A DNA stretch of 64,000 bases, taken from Wujia sp. GTDB taxonomy: Bacteria > Bacillota > Clostridia > Lachnospirales > Lachnospiraceae. Location of the stretch: positions 19,896 through 83,895 of the forward strand of contig JAZSEO010000008.1 of assembly GCA_045531735.1 (NCBI GenBank), read 5' to 3'. Below the pieces are notes generated by a model. It saw only the letters and a program-made list of their open reading frames with translations, did not search any database and had not been told where the DNA came from. The translations under genes were made by a program, and so were the position numbers. Positions 29,061-40,571 of this stretch are shown here, piece after piece (the stretch's first letter is position 1; each line of letters starts with the position of its first letter).

Positions 29061-30005
29061 TTATTTTTGAGAATTCATCGCAATATTACGTGTAACTCTA
29101 TTATATAACTCCTGAGCCGCATTGTAACCCATCTTTTTCTGTCTATGGTTAACTGCTGCCGACTCAACAATAACAGCAATATTTCTACCTGGTCTTATAG
29201 GTATTGAATGACTAACTACTTTATTACCCAAAAACTCTGTATACTGGTCTTCAAGCCCAAGTCTGTCATAGTTAGCTTCTTTATTCCAGTCTTCAAGATT
29301 TATAACCAAATCTATTGTCTGTGTCTGCTTAACACACTCTACTCCATACATAGTTTTTACATCAATTATTCCAATACCTCTAAGTTCAATAAAATGTCTT
29401 GTAGTATCAGGCGATGTTCCAACAAGAGTTTCATCACTAACTTTTTTTATCTCTACCACATCATCAGAAACAAGTCGATGTCCTCTTCTGATAAGTTCAA
29501 GTGCCGCCTCACTTTTACCTATACCGCTGTCACCCATGATAAGAACACCTTCACCGTATACATCAACCAATACCGCATGTATAGATATTCTAGGTGCAAG
29601 CTCAACATGAAGCCATCTTACAACCTCATGAACAAACTCTGATGTTGTCTCTGAATTATCAGTAAGAATAGGGACTCCAAACTTATTGCCTAATTCTATT
29701 ATGAAATCATATGGTTTTAATCCTCTACAAAATATAAGACATGGTATCTTATATGCAAATAATTTACTGAAAATCTCTATATTTTCTTCCTCTGAATGCA
29801 TATTAGCAATATATGCATATTCTACATTACCACATATCTGAATACGCGCAGCATCAAAATGCTCGAAAAAACCTGCAAACTGTACAGCCGGTCTGTTCAT
29901 ATTAGGGTCTTTTATCAATATACTATCCGTATCAATTTCCGGTGTATGATTGACAAGCTTCATCTTATTAATCAAAGCGGTGACCGTTATGCTATATTCT
30001 TCCAT
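29061..30005 (-). CDS. hprK: HPr kinase/phosphorylase
   Basis: P-loop GDSGIGKSE, LVSDD, ELRGIGI. Confidence 0.93.
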   Translation of the reverse strand: MEEYSITVTALINKMKLVNHTPEIDTDSILIKDPNMNRPAVQFAGFFEHFDAARIQICGNVEYAYIANMHSEEENIEIFSKLFAYKIPCLIFCRGLKPYDFIIELGNKFGVPILTDNSETTSEFVHEVVRWLHVELAPRISIHAVLVDVYGEGVLIMGDSGIGKSEAALELIRRGHRLVSDDVVEIKKVSDETLVGTSPDTTRHFIELRGIGIIDVKTMYGVECVKQTQTIDLVINLEDWNKEANYDRLGLEDQYTEFLGNKVVSHSIPIRPGRNIAVIVESAAVNHRQKKMGYNAAQELYNRVTRNIAMNSQK

Positions 30006-30065
30006 GAATTATCCTCCTAAATATTTAAAGGAGCTGTCACAAAGGCAGCTCCTTTATTCATCTGA

Positions 30066-30335
30066 CTATTCTTCAGTCTCAGAAGCAGACTCCTGATACT
30101 TCTCTAAAATAAGAGATTGTATTTTATCTCTAGTCTCAGAATTTATTGGATGGGCAATATCTCTGTACTCACCATCAGCAGCCTTACGGCTAGGCATTGC
30201 AATAAACAATCCTTTTTCGCCCTCGATAACTTTTATGTCATGCACAACAAATTCATTATCAATGGTGATAGAGACAACTGCTCTCATCTTACCTTCTTTT
30301 GTAACTTTTCTAACCCTTACATCTGTAATCTGCAT
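30066..30335 (-). CDS. spoVG: septation protein SpoVG
   Basis: [11 protein letters not shown]... with [11 protein letters not shown] and FIAMPSRK motifs. 89 aa. Confidence 0.93.
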   Translation of the reverse strand: MQITDVRVRKVTKEGKMRAVVSITIDNEFVVHDIKVIEGEKGLFIAMPSRKAADGEYRDIAHPINSETRDKIQSLILEKYQESASETEE

Positions 30336-30391
30336 AAATTAAAATCCCCCTTTAATTATGTCAAAAAAACTAAAACACCCGTAACTTTAGA

Positions 30392-31516
30392 TTAAAGCGC
30401 ATATCTGAAATTTTTCTCAACTATTACCTTAATCTGATTTGGATCTCCTGTGTGAACTGTGTTAGCTCTAAGAGTATCTCTACTTTCGATAATACAGTTC
30501 TCAATATATGAGTTATCTCCTATATGAACATCATTAAGTATGATAGAATTCTTGATTACACAGTTATTTCCAACATATACCTTTTTAAATAAGATAGAAT
30601 CTTCAACAGTACCATTAATTATACTTCCGCTAGCTATAAGACTGTTGTTTACCACTGCATCACCATTATATTTTGCTGGTGGCAAATCTTCAACTTTGGA
30701 ATATACATCCGGATGCTGTCTGAAGAAGTAATCTCTAATATCTTTGTTAAGGAAATCCATGTTTGTCTTAAAGTAAGACTCTATAGTACCAATATTTCTC
30801 CAATAAGAATCAAGCTTGTACGCATATATCTTTTTAACATTTTTATAACGAACTAAAATATCGTTAACAAAATCACTTCTACCCTCTGCCGCACATGCCT
30901 CAAGAAGCTCAATAAGCTGTCTACGTCTTACAACATAAACTCCGATAGATGCTGTATTAGTTTCTGCAACTAATGGTTTTTCCTCAAAGCTTACTACTCT
31001 GTTATCCTCTGCAAGCTTAACAACACCAAATCTGTTGATATCATCATCACCTGCTGGAATATCTTTACACACGATTGTTATATCTGCTCCTGTAGCAATA
31101 TGCTCCTCGAGAACCTTGTTATAGTCAAGCTTGTAAATTCCATCACCAGATGCGATAACAACATATGGCTCATGAGCGGATTTAAGGAAATTGATGTTCT
31201 GGTAAAGAGCATCTGCTGTTCCTTTATACCAGTAGCTGTTTGTAGCTGTTATAGTAGGAGTGAATACATACAATCCACCCTGTTTTCTTCCGAAGTCCCA
31301 CCACTTAGAAGAATTAAGATGCTCATTCAAAGAACGCGAATTGTACTGTGTATATACCGCAACCTTCTGTATATGTGAATTTGTCATGTTAGAGAGAGTG
31401 AAATCAATAGCTCTGTAGCTACCTACGATAGGCATAGCTGCAACTGCTCTTTTTGCTGATAAATCTCCCATTCTGCTGCTGTTTCCACCAGCTAAAATAA
31501 TACCTATAGCTCTCAT
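30392..31516 (-). CDS. glgD: glucose-1-phosphate adenylyltransferase, GlgD subunit
   Basis: Nucleotidyltransferase fold lacking the catalytic GGxGxRL (it has ILAGGNSSRMGDL). C-terminal LbH repeats. It lies directly downstream of glgC. Confidence 0.88.
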   Translation of the reverse strand: MRAIGIILAGGNSSRMGDLSAKRAVAAMPIVGSYRAIDFTLSNMTNSHIQKVAVYTQYNSRSLNEHLNSSKWWDFGRKQGGLYVFTPTITATNSYWYKGTADALYQNINFLKSAHEPYVVIASGDGIYKLDYNKVLEEHIATGADITIVCKDIPAGDDDINRFGVVKLAEDNRVVSFEEKPLVAETNTASIGVYVVRRRQLIELLEACAAEGRSDFVNDILVRYKNVKKIYAYKLDSYWRNIGTIESYFKTNMDFLNKDIRDYFFRQHPDVYSKVEDLPPAKYNGDAVVNNSLIASGSIINGTVEDSILFKKVYVGNNCVIKNSIILNDVHIGDNSYIENCIIESRDTLRANTVHTGDPNQIKVIVEKNFRYAL

Positions 31517-31518
31517 CT

Positions 31519-32787
31519 TTATTCACCTACCTTTATAATGCTTGAACCACTCTTAAGTAATCCATCAGGATACTCATCGATAGTTGTCTCACCAAAAATA
31601 GCTACGTTCTTACCTATCTTAACACCCTCTGGAATAACTGAGTTTTCACCAATTGTTACAAGGCCAAATGAATAAATATGTGGTGCGAATTCGTTAGGAA
31701 CTTCATCACCAACACCAAGTTCTGAGTTAGCGCCAATGACAACGCCCTCTGCAATAATCGCCTTATCTATTATTGCTCCATCACCAATCACTGCTCCATT
31801 CATGATGATAGAATTTTTAACTACGGCACCCTTACCAATAGTAACACCTGAACCGATAACAGATTTTTCTACATCACCATATACTTCTGTACCTTCACCG
31901 ACAATACTCTGTGTTACAGAACTATCTGATGCAATATACTGAGGTGGCAAAATATCGCTCTTAGTATATATTCTCCAGAACTCCTCATATAAATTGAATT
32001 CAGGAATAATATCAATGAGTTCCATGTTTGCTTCCCAATATGAACCTAATGTTCCAACATCTTTCCAGTAACCTTTGTACTCATAAGCACATACCTTACT
32101 GCCTCTCTCATGGCAATATGGAATAACATGCTTACCAAAGTCACACGATGGCTGGTCTTTTAATACTGTAAGTGCTTCTTTTAACAGTTTCCAGTTGAAT
32201 ATATAAATACCCATCGAAGCTTTGTTGCTACGAGGATTCTCAGGTTTCTCTTCGAACTCCTGAATACAGCCTGTCTCATCTGTAATTACTACACCGAATC
32301 TGCTTGCCTCCTCCATTGGCACCTGATATGTAGCTAATGTAATATCAGCTTTGCTTGTCTTATGATAATCAAGCATAACCTCATAATCCATCTTATAAAT
32401 ATGGTCACCAGACAATATTAACACGTACTCCGGATTATAATAATCAATATACTCAATATTCTGATATATAGCATTAGCAGTACCTGTGTACCACTGACTA
32501 TTTGCACTCTTCTCATATGGAGGGAGTACAGTAACACCACCAATACTTCTGTCCAAATCCCATGGCATTCCGATACCGATATGCTGATTAAGTCTGAGCG
32601 GTCTATACTGTGTAAGCACACCAACAGTATCTACGCCAGAATTAATGCAGTTACTGAGTGGGAAATCAATAATTTTATATTTTCCGCCGAAAGCAACTGC
32701 CGGTTTAGCAAGTTTTGAAGTAAGAACGCCCAAGCGACTTCCTTGTCCACCTGCTAAAAGCATAGCTATCATTTCCTTTTTAATCAT
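31519..32787 (-). CDS. glgC: glucose-1-phosphate adenylyltransferase
   Basis: [28 protein letters not shown] motifs and a C-terminal LbH domain. Confidence 0.94.
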   Translation of the reverse strand: MIKKEMIAMLLAGGQGSRLGVLTSKLAKPAVAFGGKYKIIDFPLSNCINSGVDTVGVLTQYRPLRLNQHIGIGMPWDLDRSIGGVTVLPPYEKSANSQWYTGTANAIYQNIEYIDYYNPEYVLILSGDHIYKMDYEVMLDYHKTSKADITLATYQVPMEEASRFGVVITDETGCIQEFEEKPENPRSNKASMGIYIFNWKLLKEALTVLKDQPSCDFGKHVIPYCHERGSKVCAYEYKGYWKDVGTLGSYWEANMELIDIIPEFNLYEEFWRIYTKSDILPPQYIASDSSVTQSIVGEGTEVYGDVEKSVIGSGVTIGKGAVVKNSIIMNGAVIGDGAIIDKAIIAEGVVIGANSELGVGDEVPNEFAPHIYSFGLVTIGENSVIPEGVKIGKNVAIFGETTIDEYPDGLLKSGSSIIKVGE

Positions 32788-32963
32788 AATGTCACCCCTT
32801 TTAGCATAATATGAGATTATTATAACATTAATACCAAAAAAGTTAAATACTTTTATGCATTTTTATGTTGTAAAAATGAGTTAATTTTCGTTAAAAAAAG
32901 ATATCAGACTACATTCTTTTACAAAAAATGTTAATCTGATACCTTTTTCGTCATCAATATAAA

Positions 32964-33329
32964 CTAATTGCTAGCTGTGAGTCCTGCAAATTCCATCGTT
33001 TTTACAAATGGAAGAAAATCGACTTCCAGACACGCTGCTATTTTTATGTCATCTCTTTCCTGTAGGACTTTCCCCAATCTGGCTACAGCTTTAGCCATCT
33101 TGGCTTTGTCAATCTGTTGTTCATCTTCATTTATCAGAGATTCGCAATTATTAAAAACTTCTATTTCCCAATTGATACCTTGAATCACAAGGTTAAACAA
33201 CTCATCCGTATCAGCTTTTTTAGTGCCACGAAGCTCCTTTATTACTTCTTCTATGCCTTTAATGAGTTTTTCGCTATAATCAACTAATTCACTCAAAGCC
33301 TCTTTTTGTAATTCAAGTTTAGAACTCAT
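32964..33329 (-). CDS. hypothetical helical cytoplasmic protein
   Basis: 121 aa, acidic, predicted all-helical. Last gene of the NfeD-SPFH string. A terminator-like hairpin (TATCAGA/TCTGATA plus a T-run) lies around 32905..32950. Confidence 0.5.
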   Translation of the reverse strand: MSSKLELQKEALSELVDYSEKLIKGIEEVIKELRGTKKADTDELFNLVIQGINWEIEVFNNCESLINEDEQQIDKAKMAKAVARLGKVLQERDDIKIAACLEVDFLPFVKTMEFAGLTASN

Positions 33330-33360
33330 TTTTGCCTCCTGAATAAACTTAATTCCTCAA

Positions 33361-33729
33361 CTAAACACCCGGATTGTTCTTAGCATCAACTATTCCCCTT
33401 AGTGTAAGGCCTATTCCTCCAAAGAACATACCCAAAATCAAGAATACCTCAAGGGCTGTCATATGAAGAATATAGAAGTCAAGACTAAGTATAATACTAA
33501 TAAGGAATACCAAAAACGCAATCGCCAATATACTTCCTGTCACTATATTTGGATATACTATATAGACAACAAAAAGAATACATAACAGCAATAATATTAT
33601 AGCTGTAACATTTGTTCCCTTGTATCTAAAAAACAAGGAGAAGTTTGATACTCGTACATTTGACAAAAACGTTATAGCACCAACTATTGTCAACACAATA
33701 CCAAGCAAAAAGCTCATTAAACTTTTCAT
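33361..33729 (-). CDS. hypothetical 4-TM membrane protein
   Basis: 122 aa with four hydrophobic helices. It starts 21 nt downstream of the SPFH gene. Confidence 0.5.
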   Translation of the reverse strand: MKSLMSFLLGIVLTIVGAITFLSNVRVSNFSLFFRYKGTNVTAIILLLLCILFVVYIVYPNIVTGSILAIAFLVFLISIILSLDFYILHMTALEVFLILGMFFGGIGLTLRGIVDAKNNPGV

Positions 33730-33750
33730 AATCTCACCTTTTCACGTAAA

Positions 33751-34710
33751 TTATTCTGCGTCTTTTTTCACTATTTCTGTAAGGGATGATGCAAGTCCTG
33801 CCATACTAGCAATATCCGAAGGGATGATAAGCTTAGTAGCCTTGCCATCTGCTGCTTTTGCGAAAGCCTCAAGACTCTTAATAGTAAGAACTGCCTGCTG
33901 TGGAGCAGCCTCATTTAAGAACTTAATACCATCTGCGTTAGCCTGCTGAACTGTAAGAATAGCCTGTGCTTCACCTTCTGCGCGCTTAATAGTAGCTTCC
34001 TTAGCAGCCTCTGCTTTAAGAATAGCTGACTGTTTTTCTGCCTCCGCAGAAAGGATAAGAGACTCCTTCTGACCCTCTGCTCTAAGAATAGCTGATTTCT
34101 TCTCACCTTCTGCAATAAGAATCTGCTCTCTTCTTTCACGTTCTGCCTTCATCTGCTTCTCCATTGCATCCTGAATTGCTGCTGGCGGAATAATGTTCTT
34201 AAGCTCAACTCTATTTACTTTAATACCCCATGGATCTGTAGCTACATCAAGTGTTGATCTCATCTTAGTGTTAATTACTTCTCTCGATGTAAGTGTCTGG
34301 TCAAGCTCCATATCACCGATAATATTTCTAAGTGTTGTAGCAGTAAGATTCTCTATAGCCATAATAGGTTTTTCAACACCGTAAGCAAAAAGCTTAGGAT
34401 CAGTAATCTGGAAAAATACTACTGTATCAATTCTCATTGTAACATTATCTTTTGTGATAACTGGCTGTGGAGCAAAATCTACAACCTGCTCTTTTAAAGA
34501 TATTCTCTCTGCCACCTTATCAATTACAGGAAACTTAAAGTGTAATCCCACTGACCATGTTCCCTGATATGTTCCTAAACGCTCAACTACATAAGCATGT
34601 GCCTGCGGAACAATTCTTATTGAGCTTGCTACAACAATAATAGCTACAAATACGAGGAAAATAGCAAATACTGTTCCTCCTGAAATTTCTGATAACATCA
34701 TAATGTTCAT
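33751..34710 (-). CDS. SPFH/band-7 (stomatin/QmcA-like) protein
   Basis: N-terminal TM helix, an SPFH core (IRIVPQAHAYVVERLG...ITKDNVTMRIDTVVFFQITDP), and a C-terminal AEGEK/AEAEK repeat helix. Confidence 0.9.
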   Translation of the reverse strand: MNIMMLSEISGGTVFAIFLVFVAIIVVASSIRIVPQAHAYVVERLGTYQGTWSVGLHFKFPVIDKVAERISLKEQVVDFAPQPVITKDNVTMRIDTVVFFQITDPKLFAYGVEKPIMAIENLTATTLRNIIGDMELDQTLTSREVINTKMRSTLDVATDPWGIKVNRVELKNIIPPAAIQDAMEKQMKAERERREQILIAEGEKKSAILRAEGQKESLILSAEAEKQSAILKAEAAKEATIKRAEGEAQAILTVQQANADGIKFLNEAAPQQAVLTIKSLEAFAKAADGKATKLIIPSDIASMAGLASSLTEIVKKDAE

Positions 34711-35151
34711 TTAATTATCCCCCTTTATTTTTTTAGATACTATAGCTTTTACGCCTTGAATGCCTTCTACAACAACCTCTGTGCCTTCTTCAATCACTTC
34801 ATCTTCTTTTGCTCGGGCACTCCATTCAAGACCATTTAACATAATCTTGCCTTCCTGTTTCTTATTATCAATTGTCACGATAACATTAGCACAAGTACCA
34901 ACAAGGCTGTCTACATTTGTTTTTTCGTTGTTTTTAAATAAATGTTTTTGTGCAAGTGGTCTTGTAAACACGAGCAAAATCAATGATACTACAGCAAAAA
35001 CTAAAATCTGTATTATCCAGTTTGCTCCAAAATTAGCCGCTAAAGCCGCAATTAAAGCACCACCTGCAAACCATATTGTGGTAAGACCAAGGGTTGCAAT
35101 TTCTATAATAACAAGAATTGCTGCAATAGAAAGCCATATGATAAGCCACAT
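34711..35151 (-). CDS. NfeD-family membrane protein
   Basis: Hydrophobic N-terminal helices plus a C-terminal OB-fold-like segment (GTCANVIVTID...GKIMLNGLEWSARA...VVVEGIQGV). It abuts the SPFH gene with no gap. Confidence 0.85.
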   Translation of the reverse strand: MWLIIWLSIAAILVIIEIATLGLTTIWFAGGALIAALAANFGANWIIQILVFAVVSLILLVFTRPLAQKHLFKNNEKTNVDSLVGTCANVIVTIDNKKQEGKIMLNGLEWSARAKEDEVIEEGTEVVVEGIQGVKAIVSKKIKGDN

Positions 35152-35278
35152 GTTTCATCCCTCCTTAACTTATAAATCAATATGCTCATATAATAACACA
35201 ATAGAGTCTGTAATTCTATACATTAAAAACATTAAATTAAACTTTACACTTCAATATCGTTGTAATTTCGCACAAATA

Positions 35279-35890
35279 TTATATTTGTGTGCTCACAAGG
35301 GAATCGAAGTACATTTTTGCACCTTCTATATCAAATTTATCAAGACAATACTTTATTTTATCCAATAAATCCTTCGCGCTATCTGAAACATCTGTCTTAT
35401 TAAGCTCATCAATTAAATTTAATGCAAGCTCAGCCTCAAGCTCATCCAACAATTCTTTAAGTCTCACCATATTATCTTTCCATATTTCTTCATGAATATG
35501 ATATTCTTGTTCTTTTTTATTCTCAACAGTTTCTGGCGAACAATTCATCAGACTACTCACAACATCAATAATGTCAGCATACATATCCAGCAATTTCTCT
35601 GTTTTATCTTTTATCAGTTCCACATTATTTTCATTACCTGCTTTTTCCAACACCGATGCCAAGTCGCACAACTGTTTAGCTCCTATATTTGCCGCACTGC
35701 TTTTTAATGCATGCACAGCAACAGTATAATTTCTATAATCCTCTTCATCGCAAAGCCTTTTTATTTCGTAACATTTATCCGGATAATTTTTAACTGCAAC
35801 ACATAAAATTTGCTTATAGCTCTCTATATCTCCACAGTATTTCAAACCGATATTCATATCAATGCCAACCTTCAATAACTCTAGCCGCAT
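35279..35890 (-). CDS. Hpt (histidine phosphotransfer) domain protein
   Basis: Hpt signature VAVHALKSSAANIGA. The start is taken at MRLELLKVGID (35890); the track's GTG-initiated extension lacks an SD. Confidence 0.75.
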   Translation of the reverse strand: MRLELLKVGIDMNIGLKYCGDIESYKQILCVAVKNYPDKCYEIKRLCDEEDYRNYTVAVHALKSSAANIGAKQLCDLASVLEKAGNENNVELIKDKTEKLLDMYADIIDVVSSLMNCSPETVENKKEQEYHIHEEIWKDNMVRLKELLDELEAELALNLIDELNKTDVSDSAKDLLDKIKYCLDKFDIEGAKMYFDSLVSTQI

Positions 35891-35972
35891 ATTATGTTTT
35901 TTATCCTCACACAATATCCCTTCAACCCCTCTTATTAAAAAAAGCACCTCGGCATAAATTTTTTAACCTTAA

Positions 35973-36743
35973 TTATCTGCCAGAAGTGCTTGTTGTAAAT
36001 CTACGTATATTTTCTAATAGTTCATCTATATTTACCGGTTTACATAACACTTTGTCAGGCATATTGTTACAGCATTCCTTAAATATCTCTTCCTGCCTAA
36101 GAGAAGTTATCAATATAACCGGTATATTTTTGGTTGACTCTCTATGACGTAAAATATTTAAAATATTTTTACCGTCATACAAAGGCATCATATAATCTAA
36201 CAAAATAATATCCACCTTATGATCAGACAAATATTCTATAGCTGTCTTTCCTGAGTTTACGCTCAACACCTTATAGTATTTTGAAAGTTTCATTTTGGCA
36301 AGTTTCAGGAATTCTACATCATCATCCACCATAAGCACGACTTTATGCGTTCTATAGGCATTAATTTTGTTAATTGCATCTTTTATTTTTGCTACAAGTT
36401 TTTCCCTTTCTACAGGCTTAACCAGATACCCATCGGCACCTTTTCCAATGCATTTTAAGACAGTTTCCTTATCATCCTTTCCTGTTAGGAAAATAACCGG
36501 TATCTCTTTTGTTCTTTCTATTTTTTTTATTAGATCATAAACCTGCATCCCATTAAGGTTAGGCATTTCAATATCCAGAAGAACAAGGTCAACCTTGTTC
36601 TTCATGGAATATTCAACAAACTTTTCTCCGCTTGAAAACAGCACAGTCTTGTAGCCTGTCTCATACATCAGATTATTTTGAATAACTTTTCTAGATATTT
36701 CATCATCATCTACTACCGCTATATTCACAATATCTTCAGTCAT
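35973..36743 (-). CDS. tandem-receiver (REC-REC) response regulator without output domain
   Basis: There are two complete REC domains. The first is VVDDDE...LLDIEMP...FLTGK...YLVKP. The second is MVDDDVE...LLDYMMP...LITS...VLCKP. Start MTEDIV at 36743 behind GGAGGGA. Confidence 0.85.
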   Translation of the reverse strand: MTEDIVNIAVVDDDEISRKVIQNNLMYETGYKTVLFSSGEKFVEYSMKNKVDLVLLDIEMPNLNGMQVYDLIKKIERTKEIPVIFLTGKDDKETVLKCIGKGADGYLVKPVEREKLVAKIKDAINKINAYRTHKVVLMVDDDVEFLKLAKMKLSKYYKVLSVNSGKTAIEYLSDHKVDIILLDYMMPLYDGKNILNILRHRESTKNIPVILITSLRQEEIFKECCNNMPDKVLCKPVNIDELLENIRRFTTSTSGR

Positions 36744-36774
36744 AATTCCCTCCTGTGCGTTTTCATTCCTATCA

Positions 36775-39057
36775 CTAGTTTGTCTTGTAATAATTGATAA
36801 GACAACCCGCAAGGATTATATCTCTCTCATCATCTGTAAGTGCCCCAAGAGTAAGTGAAATCTCTTTCATTCCCTTATTTACAACGTATGCCTTAATCAC
36901 ATCATCTTTATTCTTAATAGCATCTACAATACCTGGAACAAATACATAATCATCTATATCAAATGCATAGTCCTCATCCATTACGAATGGAAGCATACCC
37001 CAGTTGATAAGGTTTGATCTATATCTCTTAGTAGCGTATTCTTTGGCAATGTTAGCCCAACCACCAAGAACCTTCTGGCATGATGCTGCCTGTTCTCTAG
37101 CAGAACCATCACCAGGCTTAACTGCAAATATTGTACTACCATATCCAGTGTTTTTGCCCTTAACCTCTGGAAATTTCTCTTTGATTGTATCCATAATCTT
37201 CTTCATATCATCAGATGTAGAGCACATACACTCACCAGACTCACGAACTCTCTCTACTGCCTGAATAGCCTTTGCACGGCCAACATACTCAGGATCCTTA
37301 CGTGAAAGTGTAAATTCAGCAAGGCCAAGAGGATTTGAACGGAATGATGAAGTCTCTCCTGAAGGAATAAGCTCATCTGTAGTTGTTACAGGATCATTTA
37401 TTACTGATGCCATCTTAAGTAACAGATTATCAGTAAGAGCAATCATCTCTGGCCAGTCCTTAATATTTGGACCAAACTTAATTTCTACATCCTTATCAGC
37501 TTTGCCTACACCATCATATACTCTGTTTTCGTAGATAGTCTTATCGAAGAAATATTTTGGTGAAGTATACTGTACATCAAGTTCTGTTGCAGATGTAAGG
37601 TATCCCTTATTAACAGCAGTTGCAGCGATTGAACGTGCGTCCATAAGAGCAACTGACGAAATCTGACCATTCTGAATCTTAGAACCTTCTCTGTTAGGGA
37701 AGTTTCTAGTTGAATGTCTAATACTAAATGCATTGTTAGCGGGAGTATCTCCAGCACCAAAGCAAGGACCACAGAATGCCGTCTTAACGATAGCACCTGT
37801 ACCAATAAGGTCTGCAAGTCTTCCATTCTTAGCAAGTTCCATATATATAGGTGTACTTGCAGGATATACAGAAAGTGTAAACTCATCTGCACCTATGTAT
37901 TTACCCTTTAAGATATCAGCAGCATCCACAATATTCTCATAACCACCGCCTGCACAGCCGGCAATAATTCCCTGCTCTACATAAAGCTTTCCATCACGAA
38001 CCTTATCCTTGAGTGTAAAGTCAACCTTGCCATCAAGTGATACAAGAGCCTTCTTCTCTACATCCTCAAGAATATCCATAAGATTAGCATTTAACTCATC
38101 AATAGTATAAACATTTGATGGATGGAATGGCATAGCAATCATAGGCTTAATCTTTGATAAGTCCACATATACAACTCCGTCGTAATAAGCAACTGCTCCT
38201 GGATTCATCTCCTTGTATGCAGTTGGTCTATAGTGAATATCATACCACTCCTTAATCTTCTCATCAGTCTTCCAGATAGAAGAAAGACAAGTAGTCTCAG
38301 TAGTCATAACATCTATACCAATTCTAAAGTCTGCCGAAAGCTTATCAACACCAGGTCCGACAAACTCCATAACCTTATTCTTAACATATCCACAGTCAAA
38401 TGTAGCACCGATAATAGCAAGGGCAACGTCCTGTGGACCAACTCCCTTAGCCACCTCTCCATCAAGGTAGATAGCTACCACACCCGGCTTAGCCACGTCA
38501 TAAGTTCTCTTTAAGAGCTGCTTAGCAAGCTCTCCACCACCCTCACCGATAGCCATAGTACCGAGGGCACCGTAACGAGTATGTGAGTCAGAACCAAGAA
38601 TCATAGCACCACACTCAGCAAGCATTTCTCTTGCATACTGGTGAATTACTGCCTGATGAGGTGGAACATAAACTCCACCATACTTCTTAGCACAAGAAAG
38701 ACCAAACATGTGGTCATCCTCATTAATAGTACCACCTACTGCACAAAGTGAATTGTGGCAGTTTGTAAGTACATAAGGAACTGGGAACTCAGTAAGCCCT
38801 GAAGCTCTAGCAGTCTGAATAATACCTACAAATGTAATATCATGAGAAGTCATCTTGTCGAATTTAATCTTAAGCTGCTCCATGTTGCCCGAGGTATTGT
38901 GCTTCTCTAAGATACCATAAGCCATAGTATTTTTTGATGCCTCTTCTTTTGTTGTAGAGACACCTTTTTGAGCGAGTACTGCTGCCGCATCTGCATTATC
39001 AGCCACAAGCTCTTTTCCATTAAGGAGATACGCTCCTGTGTCGTAAAGTTTAATCAT
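36775..39057 (-). CDS. aconitase-family hydratase (putative aconitate hydratase)
   Basis: GSDSHT and CGPCFG cluster-ligand motifs. The C-terminal swivel domain has [10 protein letters not shown]...[12 protein letters not shown]. 760 aa. Confidence 0.75.
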   Translation of the reverse strand: MIKLYDTGAYLLNGKELVADNADAAAVLAQKGVSTTKEEASKNTMAYGILEKHNTSGNMEQLKIKFDKMTSHDITFVGIIQTARASGLTEFPVPYVLTNCHNSLCAVGGTINEDDHMFGLSCAKKYGGVYVPPHQAVIHQYAREMLAECGAMILGSDSHTRYGALGTMAIGEGGGELAKQLLKRTYDVAKPGVVAIYLDGEVAKGVGPQDVALAIIGATFDCGYVKNKVMEFVGPGVDKLSADFRIGIDVMTTETTCLSSIWKTDEKIKEWYDIHYRPTAYKEMNPGAVAYYDGVVYVDLSKIKPMIAMPFHPSNVYTIDELNANLMDILEDVEKKALVSLDGKVDFTLKDKVRDGKLYVEQGIIAGCAGGGYENIVDAADILKGKYIGADEFTLSVYPASTPIYMELAKNGRLADLIGTGAIVKTAFCGPCFGAGDTPANNAFSIRHSTRNFPNREGSKIQNGQISSVALMDARSIAATAVNKGYLTSATELDVQYTSPKYFFDKTIYENRVYDGVGKADKDVEIKFGPNIKDWPEMIALTDNLLLKMASVINDPVTTTDELIPSGETSSFRSNPLGLAEFTLSRKDPEYVGRAKAIQAVERVRESGECMCSTSDDMKKIMDTIKEKFPEVKGKNTGYGSTIFAVKPGDGSAREQAASCQKVLGGWANIAKEYATKRYRSNLINWGMLPFVMDEDYAFDIDDYVFVPGIVDAIKNKDDVIKAYVVNKGMKEISLTLGALTDDERDIILAGCLINYYKTN

Positions 39058-39083
39058 AATATATCCTCCATAATCCTAATGAT

Positions 39084-40565
39084 TTAATATTCCATTATAT
39101 ATCTTCCGCCTTCGTCCATTCCCACGTATCCAGATAAAATAACCTTAACTGCATTTGCATGAGAGAGAATAGCGTTCTGTGCCGAAAGATAATTTACATC
39201 ATCTGTTTCAGCATCATCTACATAATATATTCCATCAATATACTGACATTTTGATTCCTCAGCCAACTCTGTACCATCAAAGCTAATCAAGCTACATTCA
39301 TCACCTGTAGTTCTTTCAAAGGCACTAGGGAACGCAATTATATAGCTTTCATCACTTAAATTTATCACATTTACATACCCAAGATATTTTGGTGTGTTGT
39401 TGATACAAGTATATACAAAGCATCCAACATAGTCATTTGTAACATACGCATCGTTGAAAAGGAATAATTCTGCAACACCGTTTTTATCTATATCATAGAG
39501 GAACATAGCATTTGGCTTAAGATTTGTATATTCATTTTGCAAAATATACTGCCCCTCTTCTGTCAAATTCAAATCTGCCTGTAATGCCGCCTCATAATTT
39601 TCTACAAAAGCAATATAGCTCTGTTGCCACTCTTCAAGCATAGCAGAGGTCGCATCAGACAAATCAAAATCTGTGCCATAATAGTCTTCTATTGTATCCA
39701 TCAAAGCAACTGTATTAGCCTTATCGTCAGCCGCTACATATGTGTCCAGCAAATCACCATAGTAAATTTTGCCATTATCATACGCATCTGTATACAAAGT
39801 ATTAAATAATTGCGTATAATTTGTATCTAACGTATCTACATATACGCTGTTACAAATTTTCATAACTTCAAAATATTTATTTTCATTATAAAGGGTATCT
39901 GCTACAGTATACAAATCCCTATAGCTCATAACATAATCCACATTAGTTTTTACTACCGAAACATACGCGTACGCTTCATAGTAAGATATTCCTGCAATTA
40001 TATCTGCGTAACCCTTAATTGTCTCAGACGTAATCTCCTCGTTCAAGAAAGCAATATACTCTTCATTAAGGAGCTCAACCATGATATCTTCTCTTGTTGC
40101 ATTATCCATTCGCAAGTTCAAGGCAGATATATCCATCTGTGCATCATAAACTGCTTCGCTGTCATAAAGCGAATTTGCCGAATATAATCTCTTAATAGCA
40201 AGCTTGTATTCGTTGTGATTAATTGATGGCATATACGAATTAGATATTATGCCAGACTCGTCAATGCTATTAATTGCATCAAAAACAGCCGCTACCATCT
40301 GATAGTCTATCTCACCAGCCAAATACTGATTACATATATGAGCACCGTAATCGTTAAGATATGATTGAACCTTATCTTTTTGATTTTGACTTAATGAATC
40401 GTAATTTTCTTTTGTTTCTATCCAGTTTCCATCATCAATGCTGTTAAACACTGTCTGAATTTTATAGTATGGATGAATAAAAAACATAATGCCGACAACT
40501 TCAATAACGACCAAAACCAAAGAAATGATTATAATTTTTCTCCATGTACTCTTCAACAGACTCAC
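39084..40565 (-). CDS. hypothetical membrane-anchored protein with a large extracytoplasmic domain
   Basis: A single N-terminal TM helix, then ~460 aa rich in Y/D/N. One DIDKNGVAELF calcium-loop-like motif. I recognise no family. Confidence 0.55.
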   Translation of the reverse strand: MSLLKSTWRKIIIISLVLVVIEVVGIMFFIHPYYKIQTVFNSIDDGNWIETKENYDSLSQNQKDKVQSYLNDYGAHICNQYLAGEIDYQMVAAVFDAINSIDESGIISNSYMPSINHNEYKLAIKRLYSANSLYDSEAVYDAQMDISALNLRMDNATREDIMVELLNEEYIAFLNEEITSETIKGYADIIAGISYYEAYAYVSVVKTNVDYVMSYRDLYTVADTLYNENKYFEVMKICNSVYVDTLDTNYTQLFNTLYTDAYDNGKIYYGDLLDTYVAADDKANTVALMDTIEDYYGTDFDLSDATSAMLEEWQQSYIAFVENYEAALQADLNLTEEGQYILQNEYTNLKPNAMFLYDIDKNGVAELFLFNDAYVTNDYVGCFVYTCINNTPKYLGYVNVINLSDESYIIAFPSAFERTTGDECSLISFDGTELAEESKCQYIDGIYYVDDAETDDVNYLSAQNAILSHANAVKVILSGYVGMDEGGRYIMEY

Positions 40566-40571
40566 CTCCTA

